Positions 38,710 through 51,100 of a stretch of DNA of 64,000 nucleotides are shown here, piece after piece. Origin of the DNA: Endomicrobiia bacterium (GTDB lineage: Bacteria; Elusimicrobiota; Endomicrobiia; DTEH01); NCBI GenBank assembly GCA_039630545.1, contig JBCNUU010000002.1, forward strand, positions 1-64,000. Reading direction: 5' to 3'. How positions within the stretch are numbered: position 1 is the stretch's first letter; every line of letters starts with the position of its first letter. The notes beneath the pieces are model-generated. The model was given only the letters and a program-made list of their open reading frames with translations. It did not search any database and was not told where the DNA came from. Made by a program: the position numbers and the translations under genes.

Positions 38710-40799
38710 TTGTTCTAAAAACTACTTTAGTAGCAATCATACTTTTTTTAATTTATGTTATTGTAGGTGTTTATACTGTAATTAAAGCGAATAAAAATTT
38801 AGTTAAATTTTTAAGATTAGTTTTGTTTCTGCTTATAACAATTATGTTATTTAATTTAGGATATAAAATTCCTCATAGAACTGAAAACATAAATGTGGTA
38901 TTTATGGTAGATAATTCTTATAGTATGAGTATAAATAACCGTCTTCAAAAAATTAAAAATTTTCTTAAAAAATATGAAAAAATAAAAAAACACGTTTTTA
39001 AAATATATACTTTTAATGATGAGTTATATGAGACTAAAAGCTTAGAAGAAATATCTATCTCTAACAGGACAACTTTAATCAATTCTTGTATTGATAAACT
39101 TTTATCTGAAATTAACCAGCCTTCTTTGGTATTTTTATTTTCTGATGGAATAAACTCTACAAATGAACTTCCTTCTATAAAAAAAGAAAAAGCAAAAGTT
39201 ATTCCTATTTTCATATATGACGAAAATTTCAAAGATAAATCAATCTTAGATATTAGATACAGCAAATTGGCTTTTAAAAATGTTGAATACGAATTAAAAG
39301 CGTATATATATAACTGGGGTTATAAAGATACCACTGAAATAAACCTAGTTGATTTAGAAACAAATGAGATTATTTTTAAAAACAATTTTTATCTAAAAGA
39401 AGGGAAAAATGAAATCATTATAAAATTTTTACCTAAAAAAATAGGGTATAATAAATTAAAGTTAGAATTAAAACCCTCCATTGATGAAGCCAATTATGAA
39501 AATAATTATGCCTTTTTAAATATAGAAGTTAAAAAGAACAAAATAAGAGTTTTATACCTATGTGGACAACCTTCAGCAGAGTATTTTAATTTAAGAAGTT
39601 TACTTAAAAACGATCCTTACATTGATTTAGTTTCTTTTGTAATTTTAAGAAATCCAGACGACATCTCTATTGTTTCTGATATTGATTCTGCTTTAATTCC
39701 ATTTCCTACATATGATATATTTATAAAAGAATTGAATAGTTTTGATTTAGTGATCTTTGAAAATTTTACTTATCATAGATTTGGAATTCCTTTAGAGTAT
39801 TTGGAAAACTTAAAAAAATTTGTTATTTCAGGTGGTGGGTTTATTATGATTGGCGGTTTAAATTCTTTCTTTTTAGGAGGTTATAAATTTACGCCCTTAG
39901 AAGAAATACTTCCTGTATATTTGTCTGAAAAAGAGCAATTTATATATGAAGAAATAAAACCTGATTATGTAAATCTTAATGATAAATTAACCAAAATATT
40001 AGAAGATACCACTGAAAATGAACTTTTATGGAAAAATTTACCTTCTTTAGGAAATTATCAAACAATTTCAGCTAAAGAAGACGCTATTGTATTGTTAAAG
40101 TATAAAAATATACCCATCATGTGTTATGCTAAAAAAAATAAAGGCAGGGTTTTTGTTTCGGCTACAAATTCTACATGGAGATGGCGCATTGGAAATGTTT
40201 TGTCTGAAAGATTTAACTTTAAAGATCTATATGATAAATTCTGGAAAAAAGTCATATATTTTTGTGCTGGTACAGAAGATCTAAAAAACATAAGCATAAT
40301 ATCTGATGAAGTTTATAAAAAGAATGAAGAAGTAGAAATTAATATTTTGTTATCCAATATTTCCAATATAATTTCAATAGACTCATATTTAATTTTACCC
40401 GATTCTTCAAAAAAAATTTTAAAAATAAAAAAATTACAAAAAGATAGATATTCTATAAATTTTATACCAAATATAGTTGGGAAATATAATATTACTGTAG
40501 TTGTGAAAACACCCACAAGTTTTTTAAAAGAAGAAAAAAGTATAGATATTGTTGAATCGAATTATAAAGAAATTTCCTATTTAAAGCCTGATATTGATTA
40601 TATGCAAAAATTAGCAGATTTTTATAATTCTGAAGTAAAAAATTTAAATACTCTGGATATTTTTGAAATTATTTCAAATTTTAAAAAAGAATTTTCTAAA
40701 TCATATGCTGAAACTATTTGGTTATATAAGCACGAATTTTTATTTTTTATCTTTATTGTGGTATTTATTCTTGAAATTTATATTGCGAGATTTAAGTAA
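38706..40799 (+). CDS. Membrane protein with VWA and glutamine-amidotransferase-like domains
   Basis: 'DNSYSM', 'FSDG', 'DLVSFVILR..LIPFP', 'FVISGGGFIMIGG..SF..GGY..TPLEEILPV', 'GRV..STWRW'. Confidence 0.8.
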   Translation: MIVLKTTLVAIILFLIYVIVGVYTVIKANKNLVKFLRLVLFLLITIMLFNLGYKIPHRTENINVVFMVDNSYSMSINNRLQKIKNFLKKYEKIKKHVFKIYTFNDELYETKSLEEISISNRTTLINSCIDKLLSEINQPSLVFLFSDGINSTNELPSIKKEKAKVIPIFIYDENFKDKSILDIRYSKLAFKNVEYELKAYIYNWGYKDTTEINLVDLETNEIIFKNNFYLKEGKNEIIIKFLPKKIGYNKLKLELKPSIDEANYENNYAFLNIEVKKNKIRVLYLCGQPSAEYFNLRSLLKNDPYIDLVSFVILRNPDDISIVSDIDSALIPFPTYDIFIKELNSFDLVIFENFTYHRFGIPLEYLENLKKFVISGGGFIMIGGLNSFFLGGYKFTPLEEILPVYLSEKEQFIYEEIKPDYVNLNDKLTKILEDTTENELLWKNLPSLGNYQTISAKEDAIVLLKYKNIPIMCYAKKNKGRVFVSATNSTWRWRIGNVLSERFNFKDLYDKFWKKVIYFCAGTEDLKNISIISDEVYKKNEEVEINILLSNISNIISIDSYLILPDSSKKILKIKKLQKDRYSINFIPNIVGKYNITVVVKTPTSFLKEEKSIDIVESNYKEISYLKPDIDYMQKLADFYNSEVKNLNTLDIFEIISNFKKEFSKSYAETIWLYKHEFLFFIFIVVFILEIYIARFK

Positions 40800-42847
40800 T
40801 GAAATTTAAAGTATTGATATGGTTTATATTGATATCAGTATATTTAATACTTTTGTATAATGTCTCTCCTTATGTTAACAGTGGAGATAGTGGAGAACTT
40901 ATTACCGTTGCTTGTACGTTGGGTGTAGCCCACAGTCCTGGCTATCCTTTATACTCCTTACTTGGTAAAATTTTTTGTTACCTTATTCCATATGGCAATT
41001 ATGCTTATAGAATGAATGTAATGAATGTATTACTTTCTATTTTTACTTTGATTTCGTTTATTTCTTTTCTTTTCCGATTATACAATGATAACTTCAGAAT
41101 AATTTTTGGAATAGGTGTGTTTTTATCTTTTTTATTTTCAGAGTCATACTTTAGAAATACAGTTCAAGCAGAAGTTTTTATCTTAAATATTTTTTTAGCT
41201 AACTTGCTAATGATTTGGTCGTATAAGGAAATAAAAAAACCATCTCTTAAAAATTGGTACTTTTTATCCTTCTTAACGGGTTTATCACTGGGAAATCATC
41301 ATACTATAGTATTTTTTGTTCCTTCTTTGATTTTTATTTTTTTTATAAATAAAATCAACATAAAAAAGATACCTCTTTTATTTTTATTTTTTATTTTAGG
41401 CTTCAGTATTTATTCAGTTTTACCTTTAAGAGCTGCTAAGGAGCCTTACTTTAACTGGGGAAATCCTAGAAAATTAAAAAACTTATACAGAGTTATCACA
41501 AGAAAAGACTACGGAACTTTCCAGCTTACTGTGGAAAAACCTTTAAAGTATGATTTTAATAACCTTTCCTTTCAATGTTACAGATTTTTTAAAAAAGTGA
41601 ATAACGATTTAGGTATATTCTTAATTATTTTGATATTTTTAAGTTTTATTAAATTATATTTTTCATGTAAGATTTTATTTTTTTATTTGATTTCAGGATA
41701 TTTACTTTCAGGCATTGGATTTCTAATTTTATCTAATCTGCCTTCATCTGAACTATACGATGGAATTCTTGAAAGGTTTTATATACTTCCAAACTTTATA
41801 GGTATTTCAACCGTAATTTTTGCCGCTACCTATATAGATAAAAAATTTTTAAAAATTATGTTTCTTATGGTTTTATTTAGCATAATTAAAAATTTAACAA
41901 TAAATTTCCACAGATGTAATTATAGAAATTACTATCTTAACTACGATTACGGATTAAATATCATGAAAACTTTATTAAAAAATAGTTTTTTATTAATGGA
42001 TGGGGGTGACGATACTTTTTATACTTTAGGATACATGCAAGGAGTTGAAAAAAGAAGAACTGATGTAAAATTGCATGACAGAGGAGGTTTAGTCTTTAAA
42101 AGCATATATGGAGAGGATTTCAGAAGTTTAACAAAAGAAGAAAAAGAAAAAAGAAGAATAGAAATAGAAAAAATTTTGGTTAAAAAGTTTCCTGTATTTT
42201 ATTCAACATTTAATAAAAACATCTTACCAGAAACAAAATTAAGATATGCTGGAGTAGTTTATGTGGTAGAGACAAATTTCTTACCTTCTTATTATAAAAA
42301 GAGTTTTTTTAGAGAGATTTATTCCTATAGAACCATATATGACAAATATTATGACTATAGAAGTAAAGCTCTTGTTCCCATATATCTTTTTATGGAAGCA
42401 ACAAATGAAGAAGATGTTTACAAAAAAGTTAAACTTTTAAAATTATGTTATTTTTTATGGAAAGAGGTTGATTGGTTAAAAAACAACATAAAAATAGAAC
42501 TTCATAATGAAGCTTATAAAATATTGAATGATGGAGATATAGCTTTAGCAAAAGATATATATGAATTTATTTTAAGAATTGACCCAAATGATACAAACGC
42601 TTTGTTAAATTTAGGAGTAATATTTGAAAAACTTAACCAATTTGATCTGGCAAAAACTTATTATTATAAGGTTATAGAGATGAATCCTTATAATCCAACC
42701 GCATATTATAATTTAGGAGTTATTTTCTGGAAAGAATCAAACTGGGATAAAGTAATTGAGTATTTTAATAAAGTTTTAAAAATTCAACCAGATAATCAAC
42801 AAATAAGAAATTATATTGAATATGCAATTAAAAAAAGAAAATCTTAA
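40799..42847 (+). CDS. DUF2723 (TMEM260-like GT-C glycosyltransferase) with TPR, copy 1
   Basis: 'SGDSGEL..LGVAHSPGYPLY', 'AEVF', 'GNHHT', 'LPLRA..NWGNP', many TMs, C-terminal TPRs. Confidence 0.85.
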   Translation: MKFKVLIWFILISVYLILLYNVSPYVNSGDSGELITVACTLGVAHSPGYPLYSLLGKIFCYLIPYGNYAYRMNVMNVLLSIFTLISFISFLFRLYNDNFRIIFGIGVFLSFLFSESYFRNTVQAEVFILNIFLANLLMIWSYKEIKKPSLKNWYFLSFLTGLSLGNHHTIVFFVPSLIFIFFINKINIKKIPLLFLFFILGFSIYSVLPLRAAKEPYFNWGNPRKLKNLYRVITRKDYGTFQLTVEKPLKYDFNNLSFQCYRFFKKVNNDLGIFLIILIFLSFIKLYFSCKILFFYLISGYLLSGIGFLILSNLPSSELYDGILERFYILPNFIGISTVIFAATYIDKKFLKIMFLMVLFSIIKNLTINFHRCNYRNYYLNYDYGLNIMKTLLKNSFLLMDGGDDTFYTLGYMQGVEKRRTDVKLHDRGGLVFKSIYGEDFRSLTKEEKEKRRIEIEKILVKKFPVFYSTFNKNILPETKLRYAGVVYVVETNFLPSYYKKSFFREIYSYRTIYDKYYDYRSKALVPIYLFMEATNEEDVYKKVKLLKLCYFLWKEVDWLKNNIKIELHNEAYKILNDGDIALAKDIYEFILRIDPNDTNALLNLGVIFEKLNQFDLAKTYYYKVIEMNPYNPTAYYNLGVIFWKESNWDKVIEYFNKVLKIQPDNQQIRNYIEYAIKKRKS

Positions 42848-44867
42848 TATAATATCATTAATCTTTTTAACTGGATTTTCTTTTATCTCTTCAATATATT
42901 TTCTACCTTCAACTATCACAGATGGTGATGTAGCTGAATTAGTAGGAGCGGCTTCGTCTTTAGGTATTGCACATGCTCCAGGATATCCTTTATTTTGCAT
43001 TCTCTATAAATGTTTGATTACACTTTTACCTTTTGGAGATTATGCTTATAAAGCTGCTGTTGTTTCTTTATTTATTTATATGTTTTCTGGTCTATTGATA
43101 TTTAAGTTGACTTTCATAAAGAAAAATTTTTTGTTTGGTTTTTTTATTTTTACTTTTTATTTGTCTCAACCAATTTTGTTAAAACAATCTACAATAGCAG
43201 AAGTATTTTCTCTTCATAATTTATTAGTAGTTTTAATTTTTTATTTCATATTCAGTGATGACATTTCATTACATAGAAAATTTTTAATTACAGGATTTAT
43301 TTTAGGTTTAGGTTCTGGCTGTCAACATATAATCATTTTTATAATACCAGCTATAATTTTTTACTTTTTAAGTAAATCTCCATCTAATATACTTACATTT
43401 AAAAACATATCTTTATTTTTGGTATTTTTTCTTTTAGGTTTTTCTATAAATCTTTATATTCCAATAAGATCTTCAGTAGAACCTCTATATGATTGGGAAG
43501 ATCCACAAACCTTAGATAGATTTTTGTATTTATTTCTAAGAAAAAGATATGGAAGTTTTAGTTTAGCACAAGGTGGAAAGTTACATTTTAGTCTTGAAAG
43601 TTTTTATCATGGTTTTATGTTATTTTTTTACATTTTTGGTGTGAAAAATTTAATTTTTTTAGTTTCTTCTATTTTAATTTTTTTATTAAAAATGAAAAAA
43701 ATTGAACTAATAAATTCAATTACTGCTCTGATAGCATTTTTATTCTCTGGCCCTATATTTACATCTATTACCGGATTAAAAAGTATATCCGAATCAAATA
43801 TTTATATATTAGAAAGGCTAATAGTTTCGTCTGTAATCTCCTTTGTGTTTCTTATAATTTTTACATTTTCTGTTTTTAAAGACTCAAAAATACTTTTATA
43901 CGGGCTAATGATTCTAAACTTACTTTTTTATTTCAGAAATTTAAATTCTATATCTTTAAGAAATAATTATTTTCTGTATGATTATACAATGAACATCTTT
44001 AGAAACACACCTCCTGATAGTATACTTCTTTCAGATCGTGCAGACGAAACTGAGTTTGCTTTAGCATATTTTCATAGAATACATAAAAAACGACAAGATA
44101 TTGATTTTATAGATTGCAATGCTTCTGTAAGTAGAAGTATATATGGGAAAGAATATTATAAAATATGGGGGCCACCACGTTTAAAAATACGTTCGGAATT
44201 CGAAACAAAGCTGATAAAAAATTCAAGAAAAAAAGTTCTTTATAATACCCTGCTTCCTGCCCAGACTTCTACAAAAAAATATAAGTTCGCTTTGTTGCAT
44301 ACAACTTTTGAAACTAACTATGAAATACCTTTTGATATCTTTGTAATAAGAGAAAAAAGTGTATTAAATATTCGTGAGTTTTGGCTATACAACGCTTATT
44401 TGAGTTTACTTTTTAATTACTATTTTGAAAAAGCAATTAAAGATAAAAGACACTTTAAAAAATTTGAGATTTTATGTTACCAATTATATTTTTTAAATAA
44501 AGAACCTAAATACTTAACTTATATTCCATATTTCTATATGTCAACTAATGAATTAAAAAAAGCAAAAAATAAGTATGTAGAAATTCTTGATAATTATAAA
44601 CTTTCTGCTGACATTCTCTCAGAAATACTTAGCAATTTAGGAGTAATATATGAACGTGAAAATAACTTTCAAAAAGCAGAGGAATATTTTTTAAAAGCTT
44701 TAAGTGTAAATCCTAATTTTTACCAACCCTATTATAATTTAGGCAGTTTATACTGGAAAATGAAAAATTTTAAAAAAGCTTTAGAATTTTTTGAAAAATA
44801 TTTACTACTTCAGCCGCAAAACAAAGAAGTAAAAAAATATGTTGAATATTTAAAATCAAAATTATGA
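42816..44867 (+). CDS. DUF2723 (TMEM260-like) with TPR, copy 2
   Basis: 'DGDVAEL..LGIAHAPGYPLF', 'AEVF', 'YIPIRS..DWEDP', TPRs; start may be 42822. Confidence 0.85.
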   Translation: MNMQLKKENLNIISLIFLTGFSFISSIYFLPSTITDGDVAELVGAASSLGIAHAPGYPLFCILYKCLITLLPFGDYAYKAAVVSLFIYMFSGLLIFKLTFIKKNFLFGFFIFTFYLSQPILLKQSTIAEVFSLHNLLVVLIFYFIFSDDISLHRKFLITGFILGLGSGCQHIIIFIIPAIIFYFLSKSPSNILTFKNISLFLVFFLLGFSINLYIPIRSSVEPLYDWEDPQTLDRFLYLFLRKRYGSFSLAQGGKLHFSLESFYHGFMLFFYIFGVKNLIFLVSSILIFLLKMKKIELINSITALIAFLFSGPIFTSITGLKSISESNIYILERLIVSSVISFVFLIIFTFSVFKDSKILLYGLMILNLLFYFRNLNSISLRNNYFLYDYTMNIFRNTPPDSILLSDRADETEFALAYFHRIHKKRQDIDFIDCNASVSRSIYGKEYYKIWGPPRLKIRSEFETKLIKNSRKKVLYNTLLPAQTSTKKYKFALLHTTFETNYEIPFDIFVIREKSVLNIREFWLYNAYLSLLFNYYFEKAIKDKRHFKKFEILCYQLYFLNKEPKYLTYIPYFYMSTNELKKAKNKYVEILDNYKLSADILSEILSNLGVIYERENNFQKAEEYFLKALSVNPNFYQPYYNLGSLYWKMKNFKKALEFFEKYLLLQPQNKEVKKYVEYLKSKL

Positions 44868-47017
44868 TATATTTAGTTTTATTTTTAAACATATTTTTAA
44901 TATATCTTTACTGCAGTTTTCCAACAATTGCAGCTTATCGTGACTCAGGAGAAATGGCAACAGTAAGTTACATCTTAGGAATACCACATCCACCTGGTTA
45001 TCCACTTTATACTATTTTAAGTTACTTGCTAAGTAGAATGTTAAAATTTGGGAATTTTGCTTATAGAGTTAATGTTCTATCTGGAATTTTTTCAGCTTTA
45101 ACAGGAATAATTTTGTTTCATTTGTTTAATAAGTTTACGTTTTACATACTTCCTAAGAAAGAGAATGAAAAGTTTTTCTGGTTATTTTTTAATTATATGA
45201 CTATTTTATGTTTCAGCTTATCTTATCTCCAATGGTACTTATCAGTAGTTTCTGAAATGTATACTCTTAATACCTTATTTGCTACTTTTATGATATTTTT
45301 GACTTTTTTATATTATACTATAAAAAACAATAAAGTTATTTACTTATTATTTTTTATATTTGGTTTGGGTATTACAAATAGATTAGATTTAATACTATAC
45401 TCTCCTTTGATATTATTTATATTGATTGATCATTCAAAGTTTAGAATTGATAAAAAAGTTTTAATGTTATTGACTTTATTTTTATTAGGATTAAGTTGTT
45501 ATATGTATCTACCTATAAGATCATCTAATGAACCACTAATAGATTGGAACAATCCTCAGAAACTTGATAGATTCTGGGCTTCCTTAACAAGGAAAACGCA
45601 TGGTTCTACATTAGATCTTATATCATCTGGATATAAACCATTTGAAAATTTTAAAGATGGTATGATATTTTATTTTAGAAGAACTTTAGAGAATTTAGGA
45701 TTGATAGGAATTATTCCAGTAGTGTTAGGAATTAACTTAAAATCACATTTTGGAATATCTTTGTTTTTAAGTTGGTTTTTAAGCTCTGTCTATTTTATCT
45801 ACAAGGCTAATATGCCTCCAAATCCTCATGCCTTAGCTATCCTTGAAGCTCATTTTTTGTTACCTAATTTGATAGTGTGGGTGTGGTTTATTTTAGGAAT
45901 TACTTATGTTTATAAAAAAATCAAACTGAAATATTTTATCTTTGTTGCAGTATCTTTTATTTTAGTATTTAATATTTTTAAAAATCATAAAAAATTAAAC
46001 AAAAGAAATAACTTCTATGCTTATGATTACACTGTTAATATATTAAGAACTTTACCAAATAAAAGCATAGTAGTAGTTAAAGAAGATGTCCAGTTATTTT
46101 CTTTATGGTATAGTAAATTTGTAGAATCAAAAAGAAAAGATGTATATGTTATAGCTGCAGGACTTGCGGGTTCAAGTTGGTATCAAGAAATGACTAAAAG
46201 GTTCTTTGAAGATGAGATTTTTTTACTTCCACTAACTACTTCTGATAACTGGAGCAATTTTATTGATAAAAATCTCAAACTTGGTTATAAAATTTTTGTG
46301 ACCTATGATGTAGAACTTCCTGAAATTAAAAATTTTATTCTTAAACCATATGGTTTGGTATTGAGAGTCTTACCGTTTCAAGAAAATTTATTGGAAAATT
46401 TTTTCACTGATTTTTTCTTTGAATTCTTATACATATTTAGAGGAGATTACACATATAATTTAGAATTTGATTTTTTTTCTTCAGATTTAGTTGAAGATTA
46501 CAGTAAATCTCTGCTTAATAGTGGACATTGGCTTACAAAATATAAACTATATAATTCTAAAAAAGTTGAAAATTTTTATAAACATTCTATTTTTATGAAT
46601 TCTGTTTATCCTTACGGTTATTTTGAACTTGGATATCTTTATTATTTAAAAAATTTGCTTAAGGATTCTTACATATGGTATAAAATAGCGGCTAAAAAGT
46701 TTGAAGAATATATAGAATTAGCCTATAAATATAAAGCCTTTAAAGAAGTTATAGATGAAATAAAATCTAACACTGCTAATTGTTACTTACATTTAGGCGT
46801 TGTAGCAGAAAAACTCAATAATTTAGAAACCTCAATAGAATTTTACAATAGAGCCTTATATTTCAACCCCTATCTGGCAGATGCTTATTATAATTTAGCT
46901 GTGGTTTACTGGAAAAAACTAGATTGGCAAAAGGTTCGTTATTACTTACAGAAAACCTTAATTATTAATCCATATCATAGTCAGGCTAAATATTTCATTG
47001 ATAAACTACCAAAATGA
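44864..47017 (+). CDS. DUF2723 (TMEM260-like) with TPR, copy 3
   Basis: 'YRDSGEM..LGIPHPPGYPLY', 'SEMY', 'YLPIRS..DWNNP', TPRs. Confidence 0.85.
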   Translation: MIYLVLFLNIFLIYLYCSFPTIAAYRDSGEMATVSYILGIPHPPGYPLYTILSYLLSRMLKFGNFAYRVNVLSGIFSALTGIILFHLFNKFTFYILPKKENEKFFWLFFNYMTILCFSLSYLQWYLSVVSEMYTLNTLFATFMIFLTFLYYTIKNNKVIYLLFFIFGLGITNRLDLILYSPLILFILIDHSKFRIDKKVLMLLTLFLLGLSCYMYLPIRSSNEPLIDWNNPQKLDRFWASLTRKTHGSTLDLISSGYKPFENFKDGMIFYFRRTLENLGLIGIIPVVLGINLKSHFGISLFLSWFLSSVYFIYKANMPPNPHALAILEAHFLLPNLIVWVWFILGITYVYKKIKLKYFIFVAVSFILVFNIFKNHKKLNKRNNFYAYDYTVNILRTLPNKSIVVVKEDVQLFSLWYSKFVESKRKDVYVIAAGLAGSSWYQEMTKRFFEDEIFLLPLTTSDNWSNFIDKNLKLGYKIFVTYDVELPEIKNFILKPYGLVLRVLPFQENLLENFFTDFFFEFLYIFRGDYTYNLEFDFFSSDLVEDYSKSLLNSGHWLTKYKLYNSKKVENFYKHSIFMNSVYPYGYFELGYLYYLKNLLKDSYIWYKIAAKKFEEYIELAYKYKAFKEVIDEIKSNTANCYLHLGVVAEKLNNLETSIEFYNRALYFNPYLADAYYNLAVVYWKKLDWQKVRYYLQKTLIINPYHSQAKYFIDKLPK

Positions 47018-47059
47018 AATAAAGATTTTGTATATAAAAATTGAAAAAGGAGGGATTTT

Positions 47060-48193
47060 ATGAAAAAAAAGTTGCTTATACTTACAGCAAGCTATGGTAC
47101 AGGACATATTACTGCTGCAAAATCTATTCAGCAGATGATTTCTTTAAAATATCCTGAAATTGAAACAAAAATAGTAGATGTTCTTTTATTGCATAAAAAA
47201 GATAAAAATCTAGATAAACAAACTTTTATACAAAAGCTTTATAATTTTTCCATGGAAAAACCTATTATTTTTGATGTATTCTTTTTTTTGACAAACAACA
47301 AACTCTGCACTTCAATACTTAACTTAATTATGTTGTTAAAAAATTATAATGCCACAAAAAATTTATTAGATGAGTTTAAACCAGATATAATAGTTTCAAC
47401 ACATCCTTACTGGAATTTTTTAATAAAAAAATACAAAAAAGAAGTTAAAAACATACCCTATATCTGTGTTATTACTGATTCATACATGATTCACAAAGCA
47501 TGGATTGATAGATTTGTTGATTATTACTTTGTTATAGATGAAGACACAAAACATGTCCTTATAAATAACAATATAAAAAATATTTATGTAACAGGTTTTC
47601 CTGTGAATTACAAATTATTTGAAAAGGTAGAAAAAGAAAAAATAATTAAAGAGTTAGAATTGGATTTAGATGTAAATAAAAAAATTATTCTCATCACTAT
47701 AGGATTAGGTGCTACCTCACGATTTATAGAAATTATTGAATACTTAAAAGATATAGAAAACAATTTTCAACTTATAATAATAACTGGGAAATATAAAGAT
47801 ATTTATGATTATCTCACAACGAAAGTAAAATTTAAACCAAAAACTAAAATTATTGGGTGGACAGATAAAATGTATAATTTTTTAAAAATAAGTGATATTG
47901 TTATATGCAAAGCAGGAGGAGCAATTGTTTCAGAAGCTCTTTCATGCGGTGTTCCAGTTTTTATACCTTTATTTGTTCCTGCTCAAGAAAAAGGAAATGT
48001 TTATATTGTGAAAAAATATCAAATGGGTTTTTATGAAGAAGATATAGAAAAAGTCTATAAAATTCTTGATGACATAATTTTTGACAGAATAAATCTTAAA
48101 ATTTATAAAGAAAATATAAAGAAATTCATTAAAGATAATCCTGCTTTAATTATATCTAACTTAATTAACAGAATTTTGAACAATTTAATATGA
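47060..48193 (+). CDS. GT28 glycosyltransferase (MGDG synthase/UgtP-like)
   Basis: 'ASYGTGHITAA', 'PDIIVSTHP', 'VITD..H.AW', 'TGFPV', 'KAGGAIVSEAL..P.QE.GN'. Confidence 0.88.
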   Translation: MKKKLLILTASYGTGHITAAKSIQQMISLKYPEIETKIVDVLLLHKKDKNLDKQTFIQKLYNFSMEKPIIFDVFFFLTNNKLCTSILNLIMLLKNYNATKNLLDEFKPDIIVSTHPYWNFLIKKYKKEVKNIPYICVITDSYMIHKAWIDRFVDYYFVIDEDTKHVLINNNIKNIYVTGFPVNYKLFEKVEKEKIIKELELDLDVNKKIILITIGLGATSRFIEIIEYLKDIENNFQLIIITGKYKDIYDYLTTKVKFKPKTKIIGWTDKMYNFLKISDIVICKAGGAIVSEALSCGVPVFIPLFVPAQEKGNVYIVKKYQMGFYEEDIEKVYKILDDIIFDRINLKIYKENIKKFIKDNPALIISNLINRILNNLI

Positions 48194-51100
48194 CCATAAG
48201 TAATTTTATTTTAAAATTCAAAATTTTTAGGATTTTATTCTTATTTTTGAGATATATAATAACTTCGATAAATGTAATAGTTGGATGTTTTATGTTAAAT
48301 GTGTTAGTGGACAAAATATTTCCATTTCCTATTTTTATATTTCATATTTACTGGATAATAATCTGTCTAATTGTTGTTGTATTTTTTTTAAATTTTATAA
48401 AAAGAATTTATGAAACTTTAAAATATCCTTATAAATATCTTCAAGAAGAACTTATCAAAAATTCTCTTATTAAACATAAAGATGAATTAATAAATGCTTA
48501 CTTAATAGAAAATTTATTGTTTTCATCTAAAAATTTAAATTTTTCAAAAGAACTTTCTGAAAAATTTACAGAAAAAATTTTGGAGATTTTAAAAAAGATA
48601 AATTTTAGCAAAATTACAGGATTTGACAGAATAAAAAAAATTTTGCCTTTAAATATAGTTTTGTTATTAATAATTTTTATTTTATATTTTTTACCGCCAC
48701 AAGTAATAAAACCAACCATCCATAAATTTCTTTTTACTAGAAGACCTGACATTTTGGGAATATTTATTACTCCTAAAAATATAAAAGTCCCTTATGGAGA
48801 AAACTGTGTAATTAAAATTATTGTAGAAAAAGGTTATGAATTATACAAACCAGAATTATTTATTAAAGCAGGTTTATCTGAAAAATTTATAAAGGTGGAT
48901 CTTTTGGATATTAATGAATATAAAACAGGTAAAATCTATAAATATGAAATTGACTCTGTAATTGATAAAATTTTTTATAAGGTAAAATTTCGTGGTATAA
49001 CTTCTAAAGTTTATACAATAGAACCTATAGTATTACCTGAAATATCAGATATAAAAATTTTGATAATACCTCCTTCTTATACCAAATTAAAACCTTATCA
49101 ACTTCAAAGTTTCAATGAAGATAAAATTTTATATAATAGTGAAGTAGAGTTTAAAGCCACACTAAACAAAGATATAGATATAGCTTATTTGAATATCTAT
49201 AATAGAAAAATAAAACTTTTTCTTAAAGATAAAAGATATATTTCAGGTAATTTTAAAGCTATTAAAGATTGTGATTTATCTTTTGAAATTTTCGATATGG
49301 AAGGCCTAAATAACACTTTAAAATATCAGATCAAAGTATTTTATGATAAACATCCTGAAATTGAAATCATTTCACCTGAAAAAGAAATAGTTTGTGACAA
49401 AAATATACAAATACCTATAGTATATACAGCTAAAGATGATTTTGGTATCTTAAAAGTTAAACTTATATACAGAAATATCAAAAAAAATGACGAAAAAGTT
49501 TATGTAGTAAAAGAATATAAAGAAACTATCCAAGAAACAATAGATGAGTATATTTTTGACCTGAGCAAATTAAATTTAGATTTTGGTGATATAATAAATT
49601 ATTATTTTGTAGTTTATGACAATGACGAAACGGCAGGATATAAAACTGCTTCTACTGAAGAATATAAAATAGAAATTTTTAGTTATGAACGTCAACATGA
49701 AACAATACAAAAGGAAATACAAAGTTTTATAGAAGAATCTATTATTATTCTTTCAAAAGAGATAGAACTAAAGGAAAAATTATCTGAAATTACTACTTTT
49801 CAGTTTAATATGATAAATGAATTAACAAGGCAGCATGAAGCTTTATCTAAAAATTTTGACAATTTAAATAAAATTTTAGATTCAATTCTAGATAAAATGC
49901 TTTCGGATCCTTACACTTCTATAGATACTTATATGGAATTTAAAAATTTGCAACCGCAAATAACTGGACTGAAAGATATTAACTCCAAACTCACAAATAG
50001 TTTAAAACAAAATGACCTTATCAACTCTTCTTATTTCCAGGATCAGATAATAAACACTTTAGAAAGGGCAACTATGTTATCAGAAAAAATTATGAAAAGG
50101 CAAAATATGCAAAATATTTCTAGTATGATTAAAGAAACTACTGATATTTCAAAAGATCTTCTGGATTATCTTAACAAAATCTCTAACATCTCAAAAGATG
50201 ATATTATAAAACTTAATAATTTACTTAAAGAAATTGAAGACAAACTGAACAAAATTGCAAATATGTTTAAAAATATGTCTAAAAATTTACCTGAAGAGTT
50301 TATAAATCGTAGAGATGTCCAGAACATTGATTTCTATTCTCCTATGGATTTGTTAAGTCAACTTTATAATGCTGTTTCTAAAGGAGATATAAATTCAGCT
50401 ATTAGAATAGCTGAAGCATTAATGAAACATCTAAATTCTCTATCAAAAACTTTAATGGAAGCAAGTTCTGATGTCTTATCATCACAAGCTTATAGTGTGA
50501 AAGAAAAATTAAGCAATATAATAGAAGAATTAGATAAACTCATCTCTTCTCAACAGGAGATTTATGATGAAACTAAAATTATAGATGATTTCAGAATAAA
50601 AGAGATTTTAAAATTGCAGGAAAAATTATTAGAAGAAATAATGAATGAAATAAACAGAATAATAACAAAAATTAGAGATATTGAAAGTTTACCTCAGTTT
50701 ATGAAGTTTATAAATAAACAGTTTTATAAAATAAATTCTGAACGGGTTATAGAAAACTTAAATAAAATTTTAATGGAAATAAAAAACAAAAAACTGCTAC
50801 AAACTCCGGTATGGATAAATGAAGCAATAATATATTGGCAAAGAAATGTTGAAATTACAGAAAATATTGACAAATACGAATATAACGAATTGATCCTTGT
50901 TACAAAAGAAATAAAAGATAAATTGGATAAATTAAACAATATCTTCAACTATCAACCTGAAATTGAATACCCAACTAAACTTATAGAAAAAAACAATCAA
51001 CTTTATGATAAACAAAATAAACTTATAGAAAAAACAGAACAATTTATAGAATCTATCAAATCCATTGGAAAAGAAAGCTTCATTGTTTCAAACAATGATA

